A stretch of 64,000 nucleotides of DNA from Eledone cirrhosa. Lineage: Eukaryota. A program made the translations under genes and the position numbers. The notes under the pieces were generated by a model, which saw only the letters and a list, made by a program, of their open reading frames with translations, ran no database searches and was not told where the DNA came from. This document shows, one piece after another, positions 14,392 to 26,584 of this stretch (positions within the stretch are counted from its first letter, which is position 1; every line of letters starts with the position of its first letter). The stretch is from positions 393,824,001 through 393,888,000 of the forward strand of contig OZ024741.1 in the NCBI GenBank assembly GCA_964016885.1, given 5' to 3'.

Positions 14392-16149
14392 TGAATACCT
14401 TGTTTTCTCAAAACTCACTGTTCACTCTATTGCTTTCATTCACTGCAGTCACATCCTTTCTACTTATCTCTAAACCCAAATTCTTTTCTTTTACCTTTAC
14501 ACCTCCCAGTCAAGCAATTAGATTCTAAAGTAACTAAAGAAATATTGTTCCCATTTAGCATTTCAATATTTATAAGTTTCGATCTTTCTGTCAAAATTAG
14601 GAAAGGACATATTTGACAATGTCGACATATACACAAAAAGATGATATATATATATATGAATTTGTGAAATGCATATTTCTCCATATTTCTGTAAGGGTAA
14701 GTTAACGGTCAATATGGTAAAAGGGAGATAATTAATGGAAGTTATACTTAGATATTTAAATTCACTAAGTAAACAGAAGACAAAGCTATCCCTCTCAGAG
14801 TTAATCAATTAACAGACACACTATTAAGTATAAATGTATATGCACCTAGTTATGTTTAATAGATAATTAACTAAGAGAATTCACAATTTACATATAACTA
14901 AGAATAAAATCAGACCAATTAAGATATAAAAAGCGTATAAATGTTATATATGTATATATGTATCTCTCTCTATATATAAATGGTTCTGAGCAGTTAAAAT
15001 TGGTGTATACCCAATAGGTAATTTATATAACTATATATTCCCAGATGTGGTCATGATTGTAATTATAAATTTAAATTAGATTATTACAACTTGATCATGA
15101 TCAATTTGTAGTCGCCTCTTGTATTTATATATGCAGGAAATTCACTTAATCTAAATATAAAAATATATGGAGTATTATATGAATTAGTTAATATCAAGTA
15201 TAGTCGTCATTTCTAAAATTTACAGAATAGAGTTGTGCTGAGATGGAAGTATTGTACGGTATATAGAGCAACTAACTAAATATATTTATCATCTGAATAA
15301 TGTTTATACTATTGATTCTGGATTCATAACACATAACTTACTCTTATATAAACACACATAGCTATAGGAAACATATATAATGCTATATCCATGATTATTG
15401 CTGCAAACGATAAAAATCATTTAAGTTATCAAAAGTAATATAATTGGTACTTTCATTCTTATAATACCAAACACAATATAAATTCGGGATTAATGTGGAA
15501 ATAATTCCCTTAGTATATATGCATTTACTATGGTTATCATTCATCCATATATCTACATAAACATATGTATGACGGCATATAACCGCATATAGACACAGCG
15601 TGTCATACTCACGGAGTCAGTCATACAAAAGTATACCCATCACACATGTATTGCTGTATGTGGGTACAAGTACACAGTTGTATGCTTGTACTACCCGTTA
15701 AGTCCGAGTTAAGTCTCATATCTCAGTAACACAGAGATTTAGGGACCTGAAAATAAATGGGTAAGGAGTCTTAGAAATGATAATATATTAATGTATTGTT
15801 GGTTATAACGCTATTGATAAGCTCCTAATTAAGGTAAATATTCTAAGTTAAGAAAATAACAGATTGAGTAGTGAAATAGTAGGAAACATAAAATAGATGT
15901 AGTTGTGATCAGAGGAAATCTAAGTAGGATTGTAAAAAAAACTCTGTTGAAGAAAAAATATGAAAGGCAACAATTAATAACTAACTCATTCTTATTATTA
16001 ATAGGGCTTGATGTTGACATTGTGATGTAATATGCTTCAGTTAAACATAAATTATATGTTTTTTCATTACCATTGTAAGGGGCATATCAATCAAAAATTT
16101 CCCATTGCGTTTTTTAGGTGGTTTTAGATTGGATTAAGCTATGTACATA

Positions 16150-18170
16150 ATGTGCTCAAGACGTAGTGTGCTCCAGCTTTTTATTCTTAAATAAATGTAA
16201 ATAGGGATTGTATCTGGTCTTAAACTGAGGAGCTGTAACCCCAATATAAGAGTTACTATTATGCTGAGTACTTACTGTGCATTTATATACTATGTTTCTA
16301 ATGAAGCACGAACCACCAAGTGCCAACTTGGTGGTTTTACTAGGAATCCTACAATTTATATTCGATGGTATATGTGCCATTATTATCAACTTTGCTTTTA
16401 AAATGTGTTTTTAGATATTTAGAATTGTTATTTAAATTTATTCTAATCTTATTGCTAGGTGTGGGAAGTAAACCATCATGCTTATATCTTTTACTTATAG
16501 GGTATCAAAAAGGGTTTATTATATTAGTATAGAGTACTGTTGGGTGGTCCTTAGCTAGGCGGGTACTATTTACGGGTTTACTACTCTGTGTAATAATACT
16601 CTTATTAATCAAGGTAGGTGTGGACTCACTATCTGGGATATAGGCGATTGTATTTTTATATCCTGATCTAGAGAGTACTTCATTATAGTACCAGACTGTG
16701 TCATTGAATATGTCCCAATTACTGATAGTTTAGATATCCTATGTGATAGGCTTTTGACAATGGAAGTATCAATAGATGGAGGATGGTTTGAAAGTCCGTT
16801 TATATAAGATAGGAACTCTCCTGGCTTATGATAAGGATGTAAATTCACATATCAAGCTCTAAAGTTGCGCCTAGTAAATTCAAGACCTTATGGTTTGCCT
16901 CAATAGTTATGGTGAGTCCATAATTCCTAAAAAAACCTATAGGTTTTCTATTCTGCGAGGGTTGTAATTATAAACGATAAATAGAGCGTCGTCTCTATAT
17001 AAACCGCCTGGCAGAACAGGTATTTCCTCATTGAGTTTGAGCAAAAGGTAAATTCCAATAAGGTTAGTGACTTGTGCGGAGTTAATTGACCCCATAGTGA
17101 TGTCAAAATTGTTTCGGTGGTTGGCTCTAGTCTAGAAAGATCCATCAAACTCTATGATTGTTTGTCTGGCGGTAAGGATATCTATTTCTTTTCTAGTTAA
17201 GTGTGTGTAATTCTTAGCTAAAATTAAGGCTTTATTTAACATAATAGGGGAGATTGAAGCATAATAATTATTTATGTCTAATTGTATAAATTTAAGTGTA
17301 TCCCTATTTTCAATACTTTTAAACCAATTTATAACCTCATCAGTGTTACCCCGAAGGTCAATATTAATTTTATCTTTTAAGCATGGTAAAATTTTACCCA
17401 GTATTATTTTGCTAATTCTACCTATATCAGAAGTAGAGTAGTTTATTGATCTAATCATGGAAGTGAAACATAGACGCTTTCAACCAAACAACAAAAGAAC
17501 CTTGATGGCACTTACACTCGCCTGCTTCAACGCATTCAGAACATAAGCTGGTGACATCTGATTTTGAGAGAGATATATGCCGGCCTCCCACGCATATCTG
17601 TCGTTGTACGTAAAAAGATAGTAAGATTTGTTGGCCACTGCCATTGTGCCAACTATGAGGCAGTGTCCTCATTAGTGCTTTGGAAACTACAAGCGGTCAC
17701 TAATAACAAGGGGTGCAAGCTCTCCTATTCCGATGTCATCACCAGAGATTCTGGTATTGAAATCCTGGATTTGGTAGCGGCAATGAACGACATCCCACGT
17801 GGAGATCAATTGTTGAGTCCATTTCGGCTGATGCCGCCGGATGATGATGATGAGGATGATGATGATGATGATGATGAAATTACATTTATGATCCTTAAGG
17901 GTGAATTTTGGTGTCATTGGTTTGTAAGGGTCAGTATACTTTTCAATATTTAAATCAGTTACAATAGCCTTTCCTTTCTATTAATATCAGGTGGTTTCCC
18001 TAAGTACTTTTTTGCAATTTTTACAATTAAAGATTTATTAGTTGTAATGTCCACCTTATATAGGCTATTAGTTTTATCAGCTACAACATGTAGGCAATCC
18101 TGGTTTCTGATATTCCTAATCGTCCAGAGAGTTCAGAAAAGAGTTGGTGCATTTCGAATTCTTTTAAAAT
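16150..18170 (-). mobile_element. Penelope-like element (RT + GIY-YIG), degenerate
   Basis: TLKDHK, DIGRISKIIL..GNTDEVINWF..FIQLDINNYYASI, HPYHKP..SNHPPSI, IVYKCTV..YIGVT..FKTRY. Confidence 0.85.
17469..17874 (+). mobile_element. RTE-type LINE 3' fragment inserted into the PLE
   Basis: EIYAGLPRIS..RFVGHC..SSLVLW; (GAT)n tail; possible TGAAA duplication 17464-68 / 17875-79. Confidence 0.75.
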
Positions 18171-18195
18171 TTTATGGTTTTTATTATTTTAACAA

Positions 18196-18378
18196 GCGGT
18201 GGATTGGCAGTAGAGGGTCGGGCGCCATGCTTTGAAGCATGGAGTTACCTCCCTGTATGATCTGAGTTCAAATCCCGCCGAGGTTAACTTTGCCTTTCAT
18301 CCTTACGGGGTCGATAAAATAAAGTACCAGTAATGTACTGGGTAATTGCTGGCCTTGTGCCTAAAATAGAAACAATTA
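18196..18378 (+). mobile_element. tRNA-derived SINE, family A
   Basis: Near-identical to 14208 and 38539 copies; TSD-like ATTATTTTAA(A)CAAG. Confidence 0.9.
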
Positions 18379-18406
18379 TTTTAAACAAGACTTCTTGTTG
18401 TATATG

Positions 18407-18455
<49 letters not shown>

Positions 18456-18470
18456 GTATATATATATATG

Positions 18471-18524
<54 letters not shown>

Positions 18525-18604
18525 TATATACATACATATGTGTGTGTGTGTGCGCATTAAAACAACAACAGAGGGCCGGACTGGAAAATTTACTTTTGCG
18601 AAAG

Positions 18605-18675
18605 CACTATACATATTTCGACGGCCCAGCCCTATCATCCGATTGTCATGTAAGACTTGGCGATTTCATCGGGTG
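18605..18675 (-). ncRNA. Degenerate type-I hammerhead (CCGAUGA core)
   Basis: cac-CCGATGA..GCCAAGTCTTA/TAGGGCTGGGC..GAAA-TATGTA-TA-gtg. Confidence 0.45.
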
Positions 18676-19183
18676 TTATTTGCAGAATTATATAATAGGA
18701 TTACATTGAACCCAAACAGAGAAAAGAAGATAGAAGATAGAGAATTAAAAAAAATAGAAAAAAGAGGACCGATTCGATTCGAAGTAAACCTGCTAATTTG
18801 GTTCTATATCGATAGTAGTTGGTCCTCGAATACTTATCTCCGTTCTTGCACCAGCCGATGGATGATTTGCATAACTTCGAGTGCATTAATTAATTTGTTG
18901 CATCATCGTTTACCAACCGGGACTACCGGTTCTACTCATTAGTAATCAGCCTAACATAAATGATATATATATATATATATATATATATCATTTGTATACT
19001 GCGTGCACAGGCACTAGGATGTGTGTTTTCCTGCCAGCGACATATCAGATATATCGATTTTCATCTGAGGAAACCGTTCTCATAATCAACAGCAAATGCA
19101 TGAAGGACATCTCGATTACACGGAGAAACGTGTAATTGATTATTATGATTAAACGATATATGTAACCTCAGCATCTTATTTTG

Positions 19184-19218
<35 letters not shown>

Positions 19219-19222
<4 letters not shown>

Positions 19223-19409
19223 AGAAAGTATGACCCCGACGGCAGAGCTGAAGTCGTTTCGACGGCTATTTCGTCCAGAAATAGCCGTCGAAACGGCTTG
19301 AGCTCTGCCGTCGGGGTCATACTTTCTCCTATTACCCACTCTACTACCCTAAGTATTGAGTACTCTGGTGCGTTATGGTCCATCTGGTTCCTTACCACAA
19401 CTCCTTCGT

Positions 19410-19411
<2 letters not shown>
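19219..19411 (+). mobile_element. (TA)n-embedded fold-back element family B (half-hammerhead)
   Basis: ~40-bp inverted arms plus unique tail; related copies at 1873-1928, 23812-24005, 30221-30281, 36398-36479, 36538-36734, 40290-40442, 59573-59761. Confidence 0.85.
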
Positions 19412-19440
<29 letters not shown>

Positions 19441-19576
19441 AATCAGTTATAGGGTTTGTTGATTATTCAACAAAGTTAATTTTATAACAGACTAGAAGCA
19501 CTCTACAAAATTTATCTGGGGTATCATTAATATTAACAATATTAATAAATGGAAAATATCTTTACAAAACCATATT

Positions 19577-19637
19577 TATTTTATTATACGTATTTCAAGG
19601 GTACTAATATTTTAGTACGCTTTCGTCAGATAAAATA
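19577..19637 (-). ncRNA. Type-I hammerhead ribozyme
   Basis: TATTTTAT-CTGACGA-AAGCGTACTAA/TTAGTACCCTT-GAAA-TACGTA-TA^-ATAAAATA; 8-bp stem I, palindromic stem III. Confidence 0.8.
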
Positions 19638-19704
19638 TAATATTTGGTGTTAAGATAGCGACATACTTTCATGTGATCTTAATGGTATAAGCCCACTGAA
19701 GGTA

Positions 19705-19763
<59 letters not shown>

Positions 19764-19853
19764 ATACATCATTTATATCTTTACTCAGTTGGAATCTTTA
19801 TACAAAATAAGAGTATGCATCATCGTCTCTATATCTATATTATATATTATATA

Positions 19854-20350
19854 CTAGCAGAAAAACCACCCTTCGGGCGGTTTTCTGCTAGCATGTGTAG
19901 TGTGCATATTGATATTATATATATGCATGTAGATATGATATGTCAAATAAAATCGTAATTGACAATATACACAGAAATTGAACGAAGTCTATGTCACTGT
20001 CTTCTGTAATCTGTAACGTAATCCATGATACATTTAAAAAAAGACGATATTATATATAAACTGCATTAGGAGAAAATTAACGACGGAAATATATGCGGTG
20101 TTTTTATAAGTGTTATAATAAATATAACGGCCGCTAACCGGAAGTGTTGACATTTGAAAATGTTAAAGAAGTGAATATTTAAATAAGCAATAAAATTATT
20201 TATATTTAATCAAGAGTTACGGAATTTAGTAGATAGATTATGTAATATTCATTCATTATTTATTCAAAGTAATCCAACTTATTTTACAAACGGGATAGAA
20301 AAATATATTCTGGACGCAGTCCCGCACTCCTTTCTTTATTATAGTTAAGA
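19854..20350 (-). mobile_element. Non-autonomous Helitron
   Basis: Minus strand A|TCTTAACTATAATAAAG ... CCGCCC-GAA-GGGTGG hairpin, CTAG|T. Confidence 0.65.
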
Positions 20351-21211
20351 TTCGCAAGTTATAAGACACTGAATAATATGGTCGATATCTACAATTAACT
20401 ACTCTAGATTTAATGTCTACCCTATAAAACTGCTAATGTAAATTTATTTATACTAAGAAAGAATCACAACACCATAATTTTTAATAATCTCATCATAGTT
20501 TCTTCTATAAAACAAACACCGACATGGTGCGTAAACGATATATAAGCATCTCTGAAGTAAAGCTCAACAGCAATTCTGCAAATACACTTCCTTTTTTTGG
20601 TAGGATCGTAAAAGGAATACGACAAAATTTACCGACTACATCTGGCAATGAAAAGAAAAAAGCTTCTAATTATGAGAGGAAATGAAAATATTTTGAAAGA
20701 TCAAGCGCTACAGAAACGGAAATAAAAATACAATTTTGGCATAAAATAACTCATACTTAAAAAGCTGGATATTACTGATTTCTATTTGAAAACCAATTCT
20801 CAAAACTTAAAAAAGTATAGACACTTTGAGAAACAGAACATCTATTATATAACTGTGCCACATCACATTTGCCTAACACCAGTCATACAAACGCATGCAT
20901 ATGTTTTCGCCAAATTTTTCATTGCTCTTATTTTCACTTTTTTCTAGCTCGTTTTCCTTTACTACTATTGTTGATGCTTTTATTTTTGACAGGGTTTTAC
21001 TATTCGTATATTAATTTTTCCTTATATTTCTATTTTTCATTTATTTTTCATTTATTTCCCAGAAGGGCTATAGATATTCATTGTACTATTAAAGAAAAAT
21101 AATTAGATTATTTATTTTTCAAAACATCATTCCGTAAAAGCTGAGATAATTAAAGCAGTGTGTTTGACAATAATCCTTTAGTAAAGACGATAGTAAATCT
21201 GTATCATGAAT

Positions 21212-21288
<77 letters not shown>

Positions 21289-21307
21289 TATATATATATA
21301 TATATAT

Positions 21308-21730
21308 ATAAAATATTAAACAAATAATGAATAAAACAATGAAACAGTTCCTTATATTAAACAAAAAAAGTTCATTATTTAACGATCGTTTCTAGGATAT
21401 ATATGTGTTAGAATTGGCATGCATATTCAACAGATCTATGTACAAAATTATACAAAATTATACAAACTATCAAGATTAAATATACATACCAAACACACAT
21501 ATATGCCGTCTTCAGAAATCATAAGAAGACGGCATATATGTGTGTTTGGTATGTATATTTAATCTTGATAGTTTGTATAATTTTGTATAATTTTGTACAT
21601 AGATCTGTTGAATATGCATGCCAATTCTAACACATATATATCCTAGAAACGATCGTTAAATAATGAACTTTTTTTGTTTAATATAAGGAACTGTTTCATT
21701 GTTTTATTCATTATTTGTTTAATATTTTAT
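21308..21730. repeat. Long inverted repeat (206-bp arms, 11-nt spacer)
   Basis: Arms 21308-21513 and 21525-21730 read as reverse complements; right side continues as unique tail to (TA)n at ~21860. Confidence 0.95.
21374..21522 (-). ncRNA. Hammerhead motif with very long stem II insertion
   Basis: ATGATTT-CTGAAGA-..CATATATGTG..CACATATAT..-GAAA-CGATCG-TT^-AAATAAT; base of stem II imperfect. Confidence 0.6.
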
Positions 21731-22658
21731 CTTGACTCTGTATTCCGTTTATCTTTCACCGAAAGTGATTTTTCATTACATCTCTTCTTTCCATGATATC
21801 CGGAATACATTGAGTTCTTCATACGGATTGGACACTACCGTAAACTCTTGGTAGATTTATCTATATATATATATATATATATATAATATTACGTATATGT
21901 ATATTTATTATATACGAACAAAAAACGTGTTTTTTTTTATACATAAAAACTTAAATATCATAAGTTACGGCATTTTAACGGAACTGAACCCCATAATCAT
22001 CAGTTAACGTTTTTTTTCCTCGTATATTAATAATAAATAATCTTATTAATGAACACTCAGTATAATATTTCTACACAGCAAATAATGGAATTTTTGCATT
22101 TTCTACGTAGTTAGAATATTTTTAAGTTGCAGTAAGTTATATATCACTTACTTAACAAATTAACTGTCTTCTAATATGCAGTTAATAAATAAACAGACAC
22201 GCGTCTCTGTCCTACGCATGTGATATGAATATCTATGAAACACAAAACTTCAACGATATATTTTAAGTATGGCACTTATTTTTCTAAAACAGTTTTCTCT
22301 TAGCTTCATCTTTGAAAAACTCCATGTTATAATGTACTATTAAACACCTCGCAAAAATCATCATTCTCCTACTCCGACCACACAGTAAAACAAATACACA
22401 GTAAAATATAGTTTTGATGGTGCTTTATCACTTTCTAGACTGTTAAAGCACATGTTTAGTATAATATACCCGTCTTCTGGCGAAGTAAACTTGGTTACTT
22501 TAGTACTTCTGTAAATTCATTTGTAATTTTTTCTGTATATCATCCTCTTTTCTAAAAAAAAACTCATACTCAAAACGCCAGCAACAACAGTTTTGCAAGA
22601 GATGTCAACATGAATGGACCATGAATGGACCCTTCAATCTATCTTATTTCTTATTCTT

Positions 22659-22694
22659 TCTTCTGATGAAGGACTAACGTCCGAAACGTCAAGA
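22659..22694 (+). ncRNA. Minimal type-I hammerhead ribozyme
   Basis: TCTT-CTGATGA-A-GGAC-TAAC-GTCC-GAAA-CG-TC^-AAGA. Confidence 0.85.
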
Positions 22695-22805
22695 CCCTCT
22701 TCCTGTTATTTCAAGCGTTAACCTAATATATTCCTTCCATATACTGTACCGAGTGTGTTGTTATTTCTGTTTACCTTTTACACACGCACACACACATATA
22801 TATAT

Positions 22806-22881
<76 letters not shown>

Positions 22882-23241
22882 ATACATATATTTATATATA
22901 TATATATATATTGATATTGTCACCACTTCCATTGTTGATTCATTGATTTATTGATCTATATATAAGCTGATATCCTATGTGAATAAACTCTGATGTACCG
23001 ATTATTTTGGATGATTGAAGTCATAATGGAACCTTAGATAAAAATTCTTTCTTCTTAAGAAAATTCTAAGATTTCTGATTTTATAATCTCACACCCTCGG
23101 GATTTGAAACATGTGTTAGTTTGACAGCACATCGACTCTTTAATGTTTCTTAATCTTTATATATCAGCGCTGCATAAACACTATTGCATTGAGTTTTAAA
23201 CCCTCTGGTTAAGTATATACCCAATAATAGCAACACTGTTA

Positions 23242-23480
23242 TCTATATATCTAAAACAAAGAATGTCTGTCTGTCTGTCTGTCTCCCTAAAACCCGAGAA
23301 CCACCCAACCGATTTTTTCCAACTTTACACATGTAATACTTATGGTCGTATGAGTGTTTTGAGCAAAAAAATGCCCTAGGGACCGCATTAGGCGCCGGTT
23401 AGCGATCTCTCTCTCTTTCTTAGTATGTCTTTTTAGATAGATACATAGCTATAACGTCGCGCCCTTATAATATATGGTTG
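23242..23480 (+). mobile_element. Non-autonomous Helitron 5' portion
   Basis: A|TCTATATATCTAAAAC..(GTCT)n head similar to 35323; block 23405-23472 is the reverse of 3697-3760. Confidence 0.55.
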
Positions 23481-23544
23481 TCTGCATTACGACATTATGA
23501 AAACATTGAGTTCGCTATCTATGTGTATGCGTATATATGTATAT

Positions 23545-23577
<33 letters not shown>

Positions 23578-23811
23578 TGTTCTCATTGCTGACGTATTAT
23601 CTTCGCTATTTTCCGTTCATTGCCAGGGAACGTCTTCACGAACCAAAGTATCGTCTTCCTGTTTTTCTTCGGTTGCAACGTTTTTCGAAATATTTACTTC
23701 TGCGTTCACAGATTCATTTTTTTAGTTTCAGAAGATCCCGTTAAGGGTGAAAGCAGCGATTCTTTGCTTAAACTTTAATCTGTTATTTTAATATATATAT
23801 ATATATATATA

Positions 23812-24003
23812 TAGGAACGAGTAGGACCCCGACGGCTGAGCTCAAGCCGTTTCGACGGCTAATTCTGGACAGAATTAGCCATCGAAACGGCTTGAGCTCA
23901 GCCGTCGGGGTCCTACTCGTTCCTATTACCCACTCTACTACCCTAAGTATTGAGTACTTTGGTGCGTTATGGTCCACCTGGTTCCTTACCACATTTCCTT
24001 CGT

Positions 24004-24005
<2 letters not shown>
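23812..24005 (+). mobile_element. Fold-back element family B
   Basis: Palindrome centred on CTG-GA-CAG plus tail, (TA)n on both sides. Confidence 0.9.
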
Positions 24006-24042
<37 letters not shown>

Positions 24043-24087
24043 GGATGCTTAGTAAAATCGAATCTTTGGCGGTGTGCAAGCAAATTC

Positions 24088-24145
<58 letters not shown>

Positions 24146-24190
24146 GTGACGAAACATAAGTCAATTGCATGAACTCATAATCCTTTATTT

Positions 24191-24246
24191 ACTGCTATAT
24201 ATATTTCGATGATAGCCATTGAATGGCTATGACCTCATCAGACAGT
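24191..24246 (-). ncRNA. Type-I hammerhead ribozyme (family shared with 58845)
   Basis: ACTGT-CTGATGA-GGTCATAGCCATT/AATGGCTATCATC-GAAA-TATATA-TA^-GCAGT; element 24146-24380 has an inverted copy of its 5' end across a (TA)n spacer. Confidence 0.8.
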
Positions 24247-24381
24247 TAGTCAGTTCTTAGATATGCCAGCTCTGTGTTTATGGTGTTGATGGTATCAGAG
24301 CCTTGGGACATATATATATATATATATATCCCAAGGCTCTGATACCATCAACACCATAAACACAGAGCTGGCATATCTAAT

Positions 24382-24418
<37 letters not shown>

Positions 24419-26043
24419 GTTATTCCATATCAAATCACCCAGTTCCAGAAACATTTCTCATGTCAACCTCTCAGATCCCTTTGAAAAAAATCTATAGGTA
24501 TTAGGTCAATATCTTTGATAGTTTTGAAATTGTAGGCCTTTAAAATATTAATTAATTATGCATTTTTTTTCCAAACGAGCCTCTCGGACCAACTTGAGAC
24601 AGCCATTTCTCCTCTAATAAGGTAAGCACAACTCTAGAGTTCAAGTATCTTATCAAATAAAGTGTATTTTGTATATTTTTCCATCTACAGGCCTCTGAAA
24701 ATTGCCAAGAATTAAACGTACAGCCAATGTATGTCTCTTTTAGGTATTTCTATCTCAATATGTACACTAGATAAAGCAACCACAATTGTTTTCCTGTTAC
24801 TTAGCATATATTAGACCATTTCTGAGCAGTAACCATGTTAGTTACTATTATGGGAGTGTCAGAATAAGTTTTTGAAATATATGCGATTTCAAAAAATGAC
24901 CATTTGAAGCCTTTAGTTGACCATGTGGGCAGTTCACTATCGTTTTCAAATTTTTACCATGCATTTTTATACTTCTGAAGGTGATGTGACAGAAATTTGG
25001 TTTTGTTGCTGAGCTTCCTTTCAGAGTTGTAAATTTTTAGAAATTCAGTTGTCAGCGCTTTGTACAGGATCAACTTATTCATAAAGCATGGATATAAAAA
25101 AGCATGTTGCATGCCTGTGAACGGTGTCCTGGGAAAGAGGCATTACAAGAGCCTTCAATATTTCTGCTCAAAACGCTCAAGCAATATGTATCTGTGAGTG
25201 TGAGCGCTTATGCTACACGCTGTTATATCGTCGGGAGTTTATGCCTGTCTTTTACGTTTTATTTCGCCGAATTCGTCTCTATATTTCATTCCATTGTTTG
25301 GAAAAGGAAACTGCCCAGGCACCCTGAACCTTTTTGTCACAGATACACCGGGTAAAGTACTTTTTATCGATTTTGACTTTTTCAAACACATACATAAATG
25401 ATAATTGTTTCACCCTGTCAGATGTTAGCCGTCTCATTATTGATTGCACTAATATTACTTTTTAAGACAAACTGGAAATTCACAAGTTCTAAAGCAAACA
25501 ACAGAGAAAGCTAACAAGCTCTATATGATTGATCGGCTGTCTGTGAGAACATATTCTTGCGTGTATGTCTTTGCACTCCCGATTTGCTCATACGCATTTT
25601 GCTGCACATAGTAAACCTTTTTTGCGGATGTGGATGTAAGAGATTAGTATCATAGATTATCTCTGTGAGTATATGTGTGTTTCAAGGGATTACTATCGCC
25701 TACTCATAAAAGAAGAACAGGTATTACATTTTCAACTCTTCGTATTATCAGGCAGTTTCAGAAGGTTGTCTCTATATAAGACACGTTTCAGCGAGGCATG
25801 TTTAATCTGTCTTCTACCTTTTACATTGTAATTTATGATGCAATTCTTGCGTCTTTTTTTTTCTTCTCATGTTTATTTTTCAGGTGGTTTCCAATTTCCA
25901 AATTACCGCTTTAAGGCTGATTTTGGAATCGTTCATTATTTATCCGCACAATAAGCTCTGCCCAATGCATAGGGATGGTCTATGATTCAATGGTGAAACA
26001 ATCAGCTCTATAGAGCTTCAGATGTTAGTGTCTGTCACTTAAT

Positions 26044-26264
26044 ACTGGTTTTTAATTTATGCACAAGGCCAACAATTTTGGTGAAGAGGAAAGTCGATTA
26101 AATCTACCCAGAGTGCATTACTGGTACTTTATTTTATCGAACACGTAAGGATGAAAGGCAGAGCTAAACTCGACAGGATTTGAACTCACATCATAAAGGG
26201 CCATGACTCTATGGTGTTAAGCATGGTGTCTGACGCCCCACTAATACTGCCAATCCACCGCTCT
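26044..26264 (-). mobile_element. tRNA-derived SINE, family A (long variant)
   Basis: Reverse complement of family A; TSD TCTGTCACTTAAT. Confidence 0.85.
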
Positions 26265-26584
26265 TCTGTCACTTAATTTTGAGTAGACGAATACGAATCG
26301 AATTTAGTTCGAATGATGATGCCAGGATTGGACCCCACTATAGTTGTTAATTCGACAGCGCCTAGAAATCTATCCGTTGACAATGTACTCCTAAGATATA
26401 AAAAACCTCTCCACAATTTCTAATCTGATACCATTCACGATGTTCGGTCCGTTGTAGTGCTTGCGTACTCCAGGAAGGAACTTAATTTTTATATTCTACA
26501 AGCTTTTTGTGCGCTTTAATGCAACATATATACATACATACTTACATACATATATACATACCCCCCCCCCCCCCCACACACACA

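Noticed and set aside
14560-14650. Hammerhead 3' half downstream of the first PLE
   Set aside because: GAAAC and a stem are visible on the minus strand but no CUGANGA partner
24416-25990. Possible decayed DNA transposon (MLHACERCPG)
   Set aside because: No second terminus or continuous domain found, so not assignable
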